Source: a virus
Lineage: Duplodnaviria; Caudoviricetes
Length of the DNA: 40,428 bases
Reading direction: 5' to 3' (one strand)
IMG/VR virus record: IMGVR_UViG_3300005805_000180
Coordinates: 1 to 40,428 of that record
The notes below the pieces were generated by a model. It worked only from the letters and a program-made list of their open reading frames with translations. It ran no database searches and was not told the DNA's origin. The position numbers were made by a program, and so were the translations under genes. Shown one piece after another: positions 15,600 to 25,484 of the stretch (positions are counted from its first letter, which is position 1; each line of letters opens with the position of its first letter).

Positions 15600-16162
15600 A
15601 CGAGTTTTTTCCTTAAGTCTCTCCAAACATCAGTTTTATGAGCACCTTCAAATCTTTCTAGTGGCAACTGTGATGCTATAACCCAATCTGGAAATGGTAT
15701 CTTTAAAAATCTTGTTTGTACTTGGTCTAACAAATAATGCTTCACGCAATGTGTTATTGGAGCCATTCTTGTAGAACTTTCTATAACTTTCCATCTTAAT
15801 CTCACAAAGGTGTTGTCATCCACTTTAGGATCTTCAGCAAATTCTGAAACTAACCTTAACATCTTCATTCTCAGCAGATATGGCATGTAGTGAAAATTAA
15901 TCCCTAAAAAACCACCTGGCACTCTTCTAAATGGTAGAGTGAGTGGAAACGTATCATAATAGCTTAAAGACTCTTTTAACTTTGCGTCATATCTAAACAT
16001 ATACATTTCACCAGGAAAAATAGTTGTTACTAGTTTACCTTCTTTTAATAAATCAGAAGGACTAATCTTTCCTAGTTTAGCAACTTGAGCCTGATACCAT
16101 TGAATAGACTTCGAAGTATCTCCAGCACTTGCTCTAAGTTTGTTAAATATTTGTTTTGTCAT
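15596..16162 (-). CDS. 2: DNA end protector gp2
   Basis: G.MYMF.YDAK.K..L.YYDTFPL, GINFHY and CVKHYL. Confidence 0.88.
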   Translation of the reverse strand: MTKQIFNKLRASAGDTSKSIQWYQAQVAKLGKISPSDLLKEGKLVTTIFPGEMYMFRYDAKLKESLSYYDTFPLTLPFRRVPGGFLGINFHYMPYLLRMKMLRLVSEFAEDPKVDDNTFVRLRWKVIESSTRMAPITHCVKHYLLDQVQTRFLKIPFPDWVIASQLPLERFEGAHKTDVWRDLRKKLV

Positions 16163-16611
16163 TAAACTTGTATACCTAAATCTTTCTCTGTTAAAACCAA
16201 AAACTTCCAGCCTCTGTCTTCACAATACTCATTAGCACTTTTCCATTTATTCTGGTTGATACCATAAGTAAACACTTCTTCAATAAACCTTTTAGTCTTT
16301 TTTTGTGGTATAGCTGGCGGTTTTGTGAATTTCTCAGGCTTTATTTCAATTAGATACTTTTTTATGTTGTTAGTTTTATCTTTAGTTTTAATATAAAAAT
16401 CTACAAAGTAACGATGCATTTTGTTATCAACGGGTGATCTGTAAGGAATAATTACAGTCTCTGAACCCCATTCCATTACATTTGGGTTCAAATCACACCA
16501 TTTCATAAATCTCAATTCCCAAGAACTTCTATAAATTACATCGTTGATGTCACCTTTATATTTCTTAGGATTTTGGATTCTGTATCTTCCTTTGTAGGTT
16601 TCTCTGTACAT
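16162..16611 (-). CDS. 4: Head completion nuclease gp4
   Basis: NPKKYKGD, YRSSWE, WGSE, HRYFVDF, IEIKP, NQNKW and LTEKDL. Confidence 0.92.
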   Translation of the reverse strand: MYRETYKGRYRIQNPKKYKGDINDVIYRSSWELRFMKWCDLNPNVMEWGSETVIIPYRSPVDNKMHRYFVDFYIKTKDKTNNIKKYLIEIKPEKFTKPPAIPQKKTKRFIEEVFTYGINQNKWKSANEYCEDRGWKFLVLTEKDLGIQV

Positions 16612-16615
16612 TATG

Positions 16616-16645
16616 CGATAAATAACTAATAATAACTATTTATCG
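16616..16645. promoter_or_regulatory. Pair of face-to-face late promoter-like boxes forming an inverted repeat
   Basis: CGATAAATA (16616-16624, +) and its reverse complement TATTTATCG (16637-16645) in the 44-nt gap between divergent genes 4 and 48. Confidence 0.6.
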
Positions 16646-16655
16646 ATAGCACACA

Positions 16656-17771
16656 ATGCCTTCAACAATTCCTCGTTTAGATCCTGCTAGCAGAAATCCG
16701 CTAACTAATGTTGGTACTCAAGATTTGAGTAAATCAACATATGGTATCTCACAGTTTCAGTATCCAGATGATCTTGGCAACGAAGATTTAAAACACTATG
16801 TACTTTTTAATATTAATGTTAGAGGTAAGTCAAAACTTACTTTAGCAAATGAGACAAGATCGACTACTCCTGTCGTTAGGCAGGATAGTGCTCAGTTATC
16901 GGAAGAACAGTTAGGTTCGTTGAGAACTGCAGCTTTAGTATTAGGGGGAGCAGGTGCTGGTATTGCAGCAGGAGCTTTAGCTAGTGAGTTTAAAGCGTCA
17001 CTATTTGGAAAAAACCAATCTACTGGAGGAACTGGTAGAGCAGCTTCAGCTCTTAAAAAAGCTGCCCCAGCAGCGGTGGGTGCTGCATTTGGTGCTGGTG
17101 CTGCTGCATTTAGTGAAATACTAAAACCAGATCAGACCTTTAGAATTTCCGATGTTATTGCTCTTTATGTTGATGGACCACCAACAGTCAGATATGCGGC
17201 ACAGTATAGTAATAAAGAACTTGGTACTTTAGCTGGTATTGCTGCTGGTGGTGTTTCTGGTATTGCTTCAGCCATTAATCCCGCCAGTGAAGCTGGTTCA
17301 GCTATGGCTATGAAGTTTGCACAGATACCACAACTAGCGGGAGTTAACACTCAAGACATTATTGGTGCAAGCGCTAAAGTAGCTTTAAATCCGTTCAAAG
17401 AAGTGTTGTTTGAAGCAATAGATTTTAGAACTTTTGCTTTTAAATATAGATTTTTTCCAAAAAGTCAAAAAGAAGCAGATACTGTAAACGAAATTATAAA
17501 AAGATTCAAATTTCACATGCACCCTGAGTTGAGCTCTAACAAATTGTTTTTTATATACCCATCAGAGTTTGAAATTACGTATTATTTTGGTGGTAGAGAA
17601 AATGAATACTTTCACAAATTAAAACCTTGTGTATTAGAATCAATGGATGTAACTTACGGTGGTGAACAATTTTCCTCATTTAGTGATGGCAAACCTACAG
17701 AAGTAAACGTGTCTTTAACATTTAGAGAAACAGAAATTCTTACCAAGCAACAAATTATTAACGGATACTAA
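16656..17771 (+). CDS. 48: Baseplate tail-tube cap gp48
   Basis: NPFKEVLFE.IDFRTF.F...PKS..EA..V..II..FK.HMHP, CVLE...V.Y and L.FRETE. Confidence 0.85.
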   Translation: MPSTIPRLDPASRNPLTNVGTQDLSKSTYGISQFQYPDDLGNEDLKHYVLFNINVRGKSKLTLANETRSTTPVVRQDSAQLSEEQLGSLRTAALVLGGAGAGIAAGALASEFKASLFGKNQSTGGTGRAASALKKAAPAAVGAAFGAGAAAFSEILKPDQTFRISDVIALYVDGPPTVRYAAQYSNKELGTLAGIAAGGVSGIASAINPASEAGSAMAMKFAQIPQLAGVNTQDIIGASAKVALNPFKEVLFEAIDFRTFAFKYRFFPKSQKEADTVNEIIKRFKFHMHPELSSNKLFFIYPSEFEITYYFGGRENEYFHKLKPCVLESMDVTYGGEQFSSFSDGKPTEVNVSLTFRETEILTKQQIINGY

Positions 17772-18475
17772 TGTACTTTCAAAAATTTCCACTAACATTA
17801 TATTCACTTGATAACAGACAATCTGTTCAAGTAATACACAACCCATTACTAAGATTAGTAGTTTCCGACGAGATAAAAAATAATTTTAGTGTGTATGATG
17901 AATATGATATTAGAGACGGAGAAACTCCAGAGGTATTGGCATTTCAATTTTACGGGGATGCTAATCTACACTGGTTGATACTCCACATGAACGATATTAT
18001 TGATCCAAGATTTGATTGGCCATTGGACACATATAACTTTAGAAGATTTGTGGAAGGCAAGTACCCCAATGTTGATGGTACACATCACTATGAAGACACC
18101 AATGGTAGGCAAGTTAGTGGTTTACAAGAAATGTTTTCTAATTCAGAATTTGGTATATTTTCAGTAGGCGATGTGATAGAGAATACTAGCGGCGTTGGTA
18201 TATGTCATATAACACAAATAATTAGTACCAGTGAAATTTTAGTTACAGTAACTAAAGGAGGTTTTGTGACAGGTGATGTTATTAGAAAAGCAGGAACTAC
18301 GACGCCAACTATAACCCCTTATACTATTCGCACACTTTCAGGAATACCAGTTACTAATTTTAACTATGAAGATAAAATTAATGAAACAAAAAGAAGAATA
18401 AAGATTTTAAAACCACAGTTTGTTGAACGAATTGTTAAAGACTTTGACTCTAAATTATCGCAAATAAATGAGTGA
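17771..18475 (+). CDS. 53: Baseplate wedge subunit gp53 (LysM-like)
   Basis: MYFQKFP, IRDGETPE..A..FYGD..LHWLIL..N.I.DP..DWP and YE...NE.KR.IKILK. Confidence 0.9.
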   Translation: MYFQKFPLTLYSLDNRQSVQVIHNPLLRLVVSDEIKNNFSVYDEYDIRDGETPEVLAFQFYGDANLHWLILHMNDIIDPRFDWPLDTYNFRRFVEGKYPNVDGTHHYEDTNGRQVSGLQEMFSNSEFGIFSVGDVIENTSGVGICHITQIISTSEILVTVTKGGFVTGDVIRKAGTTTPTITPYTIRTLSGIPVTNFNYEDKINETKRRIKILKPQFVERIVKDFDSKLSQINE

Positions 18476-19832
18476 AACAGCTAGTCCATCTATTCAAAAG
18501 GCAGGATCGGTAAATGTCAGAGAACTAAAATTAATCTCTGCAAATAACCTGATCGTTGATCTTAATGAGTTTTTAGTTGAACTTAACATTTACGAAGATA
18601 TCTTCTCCTCACATCTTTATGGCGACATTCTTCTTTCTGATAGTAGAAATTTAATTGATACTCTTCCAATTATTGGAGAAGAGAATCTTGTGGTGGAATT
18701 TTTTACTCCATCATTTGAAGAACAAAATCAAATAATAAAAAAGACATTTAGAATATTTAAGTTAAGTGGCAGGCAAGTCATCAGAGATAACAACACACAA
18801 CTATTCGTTTTGCATTTTGCTTCTGTAGAACTTTTCTATGATATGTTGTTACCTTTGTACAGAAGTTTTACTGGTAAGATTACAGATATCGTACAAGATC
18901 TATATTTTGATTATGTCGCAACCCAAAGAAACGCTGATATATCTACAGACTCAAAAACACTCAAGGTTGGTGATAGAGTAACTCCACTGGTAATTACAAA
19001 CGACACTTCCAATAAAGTTAAATTTGTTGCTCCTGGATGGACTCCATTTAAATGCATTAACTGGCTTGCATCTAAGTCAATACCTGAATCTGGAAATAGT
19101 AAAAACTTTTTATTTTTTGAAACAAACAAATCTTTTTATTTTGGTTCCCTTGAATACATTTTTAAGAATGCTTTAGAATCAAAAAATATTGTAGGTGTTT
19201 ATTCTTACTCTCCTAATAATGCAAAAGAAAAAAATGGTAGAGATTTTTTAAAAGAATACTTTACTGTTAGCGACATGGAAATGATAGATACCACTGACCA
19301 TGTCAAGAATTACACAAATGGATATCTGGCAAATAGATTGATCACTCTTGATGTATACAACAAAGTGTATAAAAGAATTGATTATGACTATGTTGAAGAT
19401 TATAAAAACAATTACCACACGTCAGGAAAAGGGTCAGAAGCATTACCAGTTTTTACAGCAGACAGTCCAAGAAACTTTTCTTCCAGTGTTAGTTTTTATC
19501 CAGTTAATCCAAAACTGTTTGATAACTTTCCTGGCAATGTTAGTGAAAAGATGGAAGAGATTTATGGTAACAGAAAATCAAGTCTGCTTGGATTGACCAA
19601 CGTTAAACTTAATATTACAGTTCCCGGAAGATCTGATATTGAGGTAGGTAATTTAATTTACTTTAAATTTCCATCGCTTGGACCTTCTTCAGAAGAAGAT
19701 AAAAATAAAGAAAAAGTAGATAAGAACTATTCTGGTTATTATTTAATAACTGCAATACACCACCGAGTAACAATAAGTGAACACGTAATGGTTATGGAAA
19801 TAGTAAAAGATTCATTGAAGATTGAGGAATAG
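18468..19832 (+). CDS. Baseplate hub protein (gp27-like)
   Basis: IYEDIFS..LYG.I...D...LPIIGEE, FLFFET and SGYYLIT.I.H; positioned between 53 and 5. Confidence 0.75.
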   Translation: MSETASPSIQKAGSVNVRELKLISANNLIVDLNEFLVELNIYEDIFSSHLYGDILLSDSRNLIDTLPIIGEENLVVEFFTPSFEEQNQIIKKTFRIFKLSGRQVIRDNNTQLFVLHFASVELFYDMLLPLYRSFTGKITDIVQDLYFDYVATQRNADISTDSKTLKVGDRVTPLVITNDTSNKVKFVAPGWTPFKCINWLASKSIPESGNSKNFLFFETNKSFYFGSLEYIFKNALESKNIVGVYSYSPNNAKEKNGRDFLKEYFTVSDMEMIDTTDHVKNYTNGYLANRLITLDVYNKVYKRIDYDYVEDYKNNYHTSGKGSEALPVFTADSPRNFSSSVSFYPVNPKLFDNFPGNVSEKMEEIYGNRKSSLLGLTNVKLNITVPGRSDIEVGNLIYFKFPSLGPSSEEDKNKEKVDKNYSGYYLITAIHHRVTISEHVMVMEIVKDSLKIEE

Positions 19833-19833
19833 A

Positions 19834-20916
19834 ATGCAAAGAATATTTAACAAAGATGGATTCAATTGGTGGATAGGAGTTGTAGAAGATCGAATGGATC
19901 CTGAACAACTTGGACGAGTGCGTGTAAGAATTTTTGGATATCATACTGACAATAAAATTTTACTACCTACACCAGATCTACCTTGGGCTATACCAATACA
20001 CCCAATCAACTCTGCTGCAATTTCAGGTGTAGGAACTGCCCCTTTGGGTCCTTTACCTGGTACATGGATTATAGGTTTTTTCTTGGATGGAGAAGATATG
20101 CAGCAACCAGCCTTCTTTGGTTGCATAGGAACAAAGTCTGCTCCAGAAACGTTTAAACCTAAAGAAGATAAACCACCAGTTGCTAATTCAAATGATGGAA
20201 TACTTAAAGACAGTTCTGGCAATCCAGTGAAAGATGGATCAGGTAACAATGTTAGAACAGGTACTCCTCCTGTTTCAGGGTGGGAGTTAGGGCAAACGTC
20301 AGAGAAGTATGAAACAGGTGGTAGAGGACCTGGAACAATTAACAATTATAAAACAAGCGAAGATAGAGGTGGTGCTTCTTATGGTAGTTACCAGCTTGCT
20401 TCTTTCCTACCTGAATTTACTCCAAAGGGTAAAGCAAGACCATCAGGTAAGAACTCACCCGTTCTTTCCTATCTAAAGAGCTCTAAGTTTAAAGATAGAT
20501 TTGAAGGTCTATCTCCTGCAACTGATGCTTTTGATGAAGCGTGGAAAAATGCTGCTGCTTCTAATAAAGAAGAGTTTGAAAAAGACCAGCATGATTATGT
20601 AAAAAAAGTTTACTACGATGTCATGGTTGCCAATTTGGAAGGCAGAGGGTTTGATGCATCAAGGTTTGGACCAGCAGTACAAGATTTAATTTGGTCTACA
20701 GCAGTGCAGTTTGGGCCAGCCGCAACTTCAATTTTTACCACCCCGCTAGCAGACAAGTCTGAACTTACAGACAAAGATATTGTTAATCTTGTATCTGAAT
20801 ATAAATTGGCAAATGCAGATACTTTCTTTAGATCAAGTGGTGCTCAAATTATTGCAGGTGTAAAAACAAGATACACAAGCGAAAAGCAAGACCTTTTAAA
20901 TTTAATAACGGTGTGA
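19834..20916 (+). CDS. 5: gp5 N-terminal part: OB-fold plus a lysozyme-like muramidase domain
   Basis: WWIGVVEDRMDP..LGRVRVR..G.H, LPWA and GFFLDG..MQQP; then SEKYETGG...GGASYGSYQLAS...WSTAVQFG. Confidence 0.85.
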   Translation: MQRIFNKDGFNWWIGVVEDRMDPEQLGRVRVRIFGYHTDNKILLPTPDLPWAIPIHPINSAAISGVGTAPLGPLPGTWIIGFFLDGEDMQQPAFFGCIGTKSAPETFKPKEDKPPVANSNDGILKDSSGNPVKDGSGNNVRTGTPPVSGWELGQTSEKYETGGRGPGTINNYKTSEDRGGASYGSYQLASFLPEFTPKGKARPSGKNSPVLSYLKSSKFKDRFEGLSPATDAFDEAWKNAAASNKEEFEKDQHDYVKKVYYDVMVANLEGRGFDASRFGPAVQDLIWSTAVQFGPAATSIFTTPLADKSELTDKDIVNLVSEYKLANADTFFRSSGAQIIAGVKTRYTSEKQDLLNLITV

Positions 20917-20917
20917 T

Positions 20918-23212
20918 ATGGCTTCCGATTTAGAATCTCAATTAAACAGTGTATTAATCAATCAGTTTAATCAATCGCCCGAGATACAAAAGTTATCTCC
21001 TACCGTCAGGTACTTGTTAGAGCCTTCAATAAACAAGGCTATACAAACTGTTACTCCAAATTTATTTAACAGTGTTAATAATGAAACTAACAAGCAATTA
21101 GATGCAATACCTCAGAATCTAATTGGTAATAACAACCCAGTTGATATAGTTAATAGCAATTTAAATTCAACTCAGCTTTCGACAACATTGTCACCTTTGG
21201 TTAATGAAAGTCTGACTGGACCACTCACTTCTGAATTAAACAGTTTAATACTTAATGACTTTGTAAATAAATTACCTCCTAACTTAGCTTCAGCTATAAA
21301 TGTTGGAGGTATTACAAGTGCAATAACTAAACTTTCTACTAATGCCGTAGGCAGTGGCTTAAACTTTTCATTAGATCAAGTCACAAATGTTAAATTTAAT
21401 TCCCCCACTCAAGTAGCTTCATTAATTCCAGATGTAGCTTCAGTGTTCTCTCAATATCCAGCTGCAGGTGCTGCATTAGCTGCTATTGAACAGCAGTATT
21501 CCCAAGTAGCCACAAATAAAGCTATTAAAGAAGCACAGCAGTTTAATGTCAAAGCTCCTGAGAATGAAGAGAAGTTAATTACACAAACGGTTGGCTTTAT
21601 TGATCCTGAAGCAACATATCCAACAAAAGAATATCAAAATAGAACAGAAGTAAACAAACTGGCAACCGGTGATGTAAATGGAACCATAGTTCAGAAAAAA
21701 GATAAAGAAAGAAAAAAAGGATTAAGACTTCCAGAGGATCAGTTTTGGGAACAGCCTCCCATTCCCTATAAAGGTCAGTATCCTTATAACAAAATTACAC
21801 AGACAGAATCTGGACATATTATTGAAATTGATGATACACCAGGTGCTGAAAGATTACAGGTATATCATAGAACAGGTACTTTTATAGAGATAGATTCTAC
21901 TGGTACTGTTGTTAGACGGACAAAGGGTTCTTCGTATGAAATAATAGACCGCAATGGTTACATATCTGTTACTGGTGATGCAAACCTTTCAGTGAAAGGT
22001 GGTGTGAAAGTTTACATTGGTCAGGATGCTGATATTGAGGTAGATGGGGATGTAAATTTAAAATGCAAAAATGATATCACGATGCAAGCAGCTGGTAGAG
22101 TAGATATTTCTGCTACGGAAGAAATTAACTTACATAGTGCTAATATAAACATAGAAGCTGATGTAAATTTAAGTCTTAAAGGCGATGTAAATGCTTTCTT
22201 ACATAGTACTGATATTCAAATTAAAGCCAATAATGATATAAAGACTCAGGTTCTCAACAACTATTATCTAAGAACAGAAAAAAATGTCTATCTTGAGTCT
22301 TATTTAAACTTTAACATGGTTTCTGGTACAAGCATGTTGTCAAGAGCAGGTAGTCAGTATCATGTTCAAGCTGGTAGCACTATTAATATGGATGGTAGTC
22401 AAACTTACATTCAATCTGGAACGTCTGCAGAGGCTACTGCTTCAGTTGATTCACTTTATGCCTATGCTGCTAACATTGGTCTTATTGGAACAAGAAAAGA
22501 TGTCATATATGAAACTATCCCAGATCCTGTAGCACCAAACTATCTAGACTCTTTAGGACTTTTTGCAGAAGATTCTGAACTACCAGAAGAAAGTAAAAAA
22601 CAAGAACAACAACTTAAACAGTTTGGCGTTGCAACAGATAGCGATCTTCAGCAAAAAGCAGTAGAAGTAGCTAAAGATACACCTTCTTCGTCTAACAGCA
22701 CTGTTGTAAAACCAGACGATAGTTTACTAACTCAAACATACTTACCTGAAAATTACCAATTGTCCAAACACTTCACACTAGCGTCTGTAACTACAAAAGC
22801 AGCAGTGTCTAAGTATCCGTTGGTACCACAACTTGGGTTAACATATGGCCAAATTGCATACAACTTACAAGGTTTGGCATTAAACGTGTTAGAGCCTTTG
22901 CTTGCACTGTATCCAAAAATGTTAGTTACATCAGCATTTAGATCTGCAGCTAGTTCTTCATCGACATCTGACCACCCAAGAGGAAAAGCGGTGGATATCC
23001 AATTCCCAGGTGTTAGTAAAGAAGAATATTATAACATAGCAAAGAAACTTGCTACTCAGTTAAATTATGATAAGTTACTTTTAGAATACAAGACGTATGG
23101 CACTGGATTGCCTTGGATACATATTTCATTTGATGTAAATGCACCTAGAAAAATAGTTCTTACATACTTAAACGATAGAAAGTATGGTGATGGTTTGGTT
23201 AACATTGCGTAA
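20918..23212 (+). CDS. gp5 C-terminal part: N-terminal helical region, beta-helix spike and C-terminal M15A peptidase
   Basis: YPYN....TESGHIIEIDDTPGAERLQVYHRTGTFIEI, V.G beta-helix repeats, then LSKHFTL...SAFR...SDHPRGKAVDI...WIHISF. Confidence 0.85.
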   Translation: MASDLESQLNSVLINQFNQSPEIQKLSPTVRYLLEPSINKAIQTVTPNLFNSVNNETNKQLDAIPQNLIGNNNPVDIVNSNLNSTQLSTTLSPLVNESLTGPLTSELNSLILNDFVNKLPPNLASAINVGGITSAITKLSTNAVGSGLNFSLDQVTNVKFNSPTQVASLIPDVASVFSQYPAAGAALAAIEQQYSQVATNKAIKEAQQFNVKAPENEEKLITQTVGFIDPEATYPTKEYQNRTEVNKLATGDVNGTIVQKKDKERKKGLRLPEDQFWEQPPIPYKGQYPYNKITQTESGHIIEIDDTPGAERLQVYHRTGTFIEIDSTGTVVRRTKGSSYEIIDRNGYISVTGDANLSVKGGVKVYIGQDADIEVDGDVNLKCKNDITMQAAGRVDISATEEINLHSANINIEADVNLSLKGDVNAFLHSTDIQIKANNDIKTQVLNNYYLRTEKNVYLESYLNFNMVSGTSMLSRAGSQYHVQAGSTINMDGSQTYIQSGTSAEATASVDSLYAYAANIGLIGTRKDVIYETIPDPVAPNYLDSLGLFAEDSELPEESKKQEQQLKQFGVATDSDLQQKAVEVAKDTPSSSNSTVVKPDDSLLTQTYLPENYQLSKHFTLASVTTKAAVSKYPLVPQLGLTYGQIAYNLQGLALNVLEPLLALYPKMLVTSAFRSAASSSSTSDHPRGKAVDIQFPGVSKEEYYNIAKKLATQLNYDKLLLEYKTYGTGLPWIHISFDVNAPRKIVLTYLNDRKYGDGLVNIA

Positions 23213-23241
23213 TAAATATAATATTAATTACGGAAATTACA

Positions 23242-23637
23242 ATGTCTATTAGATCAACAAGAACCTTTTCTGATATAAACCTACTTTTTACAAAGTCTGG
23301 TGCTACTGCAGACATTACTAAAAAGTTAGATGAAGAAGCAGTAAAAGCATCTCTTAGAAATTTAATTTCAACCAAAAACTTTGAAAGACCATTTCATCCT
23401 GAAATAGGTTGTCAAATTTACGGGTTATTGTTTGAAAATGTAACCCCAATCATTTATCAGACAATGAGAAAGACAATATTTGATGCTATAGAAAAGTTTG
23501 AACCAAGAGTCAAAGTACTTGAGGTAAACGTAGCAGAAACACCTGATAATAATTCAATTGAGCTTAGTATTATTTTTAGAATTATTAATTCTGAGAGACC
23601 TACAACTCTTAAAACTATTATTCAAAGAGTACGATAA
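23242..23637 (+). CDS. 25: Baseplate wedge subunit gp25
   Basis: AVKASLRNLI.T...ERPFHPEIG and I..FEPRV; AATAAATA late-like box at 23211. Confidence 0.92.
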   Translation: MSIRSTRTFSDINLLFTKSGATADITKKLDEEAVKASLRNLISTKNFERPFHPEIGCQIYGLLFENVTPIIYQTMRKTIFDAIEKFEPRVKVLEVNVAETPDNNSIELSIIFRIINSERPTTLKTIIQRVR

Positions 23638-25484
23638 TGCCTAATCTAAGAATATCAGAGCTAGACTTTGATACAATTAAAACTAATCTAAAAGACTTCT
23701 TAAGAGCTCAAAATGAGTTCACTGATTATGATTTTGAAGGATCAGGTCTTTCTGTACTCATTGACATCTTAGCATATAATACACATTATAATGCTTACTT
23801 GGCAAACATGGTTAACAATGAGATGTTTTTAGACTCGGCTGTTAAAAGAGCATCTTTAGTTTCTATATCTAAACATCTTGGTTACACACCAACGTCTACC
23901 AGAGGATCAAGAGCTACTATTAACATTACAGTTAATAACCCATTTGGTCTTCCATCTACGATTGCTCTAGATAGATACACTCCTTTTACCACAACCATCG
24001 ATGGAGTAGGTTACACTTTTTATAATACAGATGAATATACTGCACCAGCTATTGGAACGCAATACATTTTTAATGACGTTGTGGTTACCGAAGGTAGTCA
24101 GTATGAAATCAACTATGTTGTTGCTAGCCCTGGTCCAGATGAAAAGTTTGAAATACCAGAAACAGGAGTTGATACTACAACCCTTTTGGTAACAGTTCAA
24201 AATTCTTATACTGATTTAACTACATCCACATATACGCTAACCAATGATATAACTGGCTTAGATGGCACTTCAAAAATTTATTATCTTGAAGAATCTCCAC
24301 TTGGTAAATATCAAATATTTTTTGGCGATGGTATACTTGGTAAAAAACTTGAAGTAGGTAATATAATAACAATTAGATATATTTCATCTGCTGGATCAGC
24401 TACTAACGTTTCTAATATTGTTTCACAGTCTTTTAGTACTACAAACATTGCTGGATCTAATGAAGTCAATATTAATGTTGCATCCAAATCATCTTCTGGT
24501 GCTAGTAAAGAAAGTATTGCTTCAATGAGATTTAATGCTCCAAGAGCATATTCTGCAAGAAACAGAGCTGTTACCGCCGAAGATTATTCTGCTTTAATTT
24601 CTTCTTCTTTTTTAGATGCAGAATCAATTTCTGTGTGGGGAGGAGAAGATAATGATCCACCAATATATGGCAAAGTGTTTATTTCTTTAAAACCTTTCGC
24701 AGGATCTACTATATCCCAATCCACAAAAGATTCTATTTTAAACTCGGTGCTAAAAAATAAGAAAGTACTTGCAATTCAACCTGAATTTGTGGATCCAGAA
24801 TTTTATTATGTAAACCTAACGCCTTATATTGTATACGACCAAAACACTACTACAAAAACTCAAAGTAACATTGAGACAATAGTTAGAAATGCCATTACTA
24901 ATTATTTTTCTAACGACTTGCAAAAATTTAATATAGATTTTAATAAATCTAAACTTATTAGAAATATTTTGGAATCTGATCCCTCAATAGTTTCGGTACT
25001 GATTACAATCAAAATTCAAAAGAGACTGATACTTACACTTGGTAGAGTTAATTCATTCATTGATGAAAATTCTATCAAGTTACAAAATGCATTAGTTCCG
25101 GGATCGTTTGTATCAAGTAGGTTTTTTGTATTATCGCAAAATACTCTGACTCTTGCCAATATGGTAGATGTGCCAGGTGAGATGCCACCGGATCCAACAG
25201 GTATAGGCACGCTTAGATTAATTAATTCCAATACAGGCGCAGCGTTAGAATCAAACATTGGTACAATTAACTATGCTTCTGGAGAGGTTTCAATATCTTC
25301 GTTTACGCCTCGAGCATTGCAAAATACGGTATCGGATTTTAGAGTTACAGCTTCAGTTCAAGAAACAAGTCAAAATATTCGCGCTAATAGAAATCAAATT
25401 TTAGTTTTAGATGATAGCACTGCTAATGCTCAGATTGGAAGACAAGCTGGGTTGACTATTAATGTAACTACAGCTTCAGAATAA
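23637..25484 (+). CDS. 6: Baseplate wedge subunit gp6
   Basis: LDFD.IK..LK, DYDFEGSGLS.L.D.LAYNTHY, FGDG..G, RAVTA.DY and WGGEDN.PP.YGKV. Confidence 0.93.
   Translation: MPNLRISELDFDTIKTNLKDFLRAQNEFTDYDFEGSGLSVLIDILAYNTHYNAYLANMVNNEMFLDSAVKRASLVSISKHLGYTPTSTRGSRATINITVNNPFGLPSTIALDRYTPFTTTIDGVGYTFYNTDEYTAPAIGTQYIFNDVVVTEGSQYEINYVVASPGPDEKFEIPETGVDTTTLLVTVQNSYTDLTTSTYTLTNDITGLDGTSKIYYLEESPLGKYQIFFGDGILGKKLEVGNIITIRYISSAGSATNVSNIVSQSFSTTNIAGSNEVNINVASKSSSGASKESIASMRFNAPRAYSARNRAVTAEDYSALISSSFLDAESISVWGGEDNDPPIYGKVFISLKPFAGSTISQSTKDSILNSVLKNKKVLAIQPEFVDPEFYYVNLTPYIVYDQNTTTKTQSNIETIVRNAITNYFSNDLQKFNIDFNKSKLIRNILESDPSIVSVLITIKIQKRLILTLGRVNSFIDENSIKLQNALVPGSFVSSRFFVLSQNTLTLANMVDVPGEMPPDPTGIGTLRLINSNTGAALESNIGTINYASGEVSISSFTPRALQNTVSDFRVTASVQETSQNIRANRNQILVLDDSTANAQIGRQAGLTINVTTASE

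Noticed and set aside
20910-20920. Stop-codon readthrough or alternative genetic code joining the gp5 halves
   Set aside because: The downstream ORF is in a different frame, and TAA, TAG and TGA all terminate conserved genes normally elsewhere in the window.
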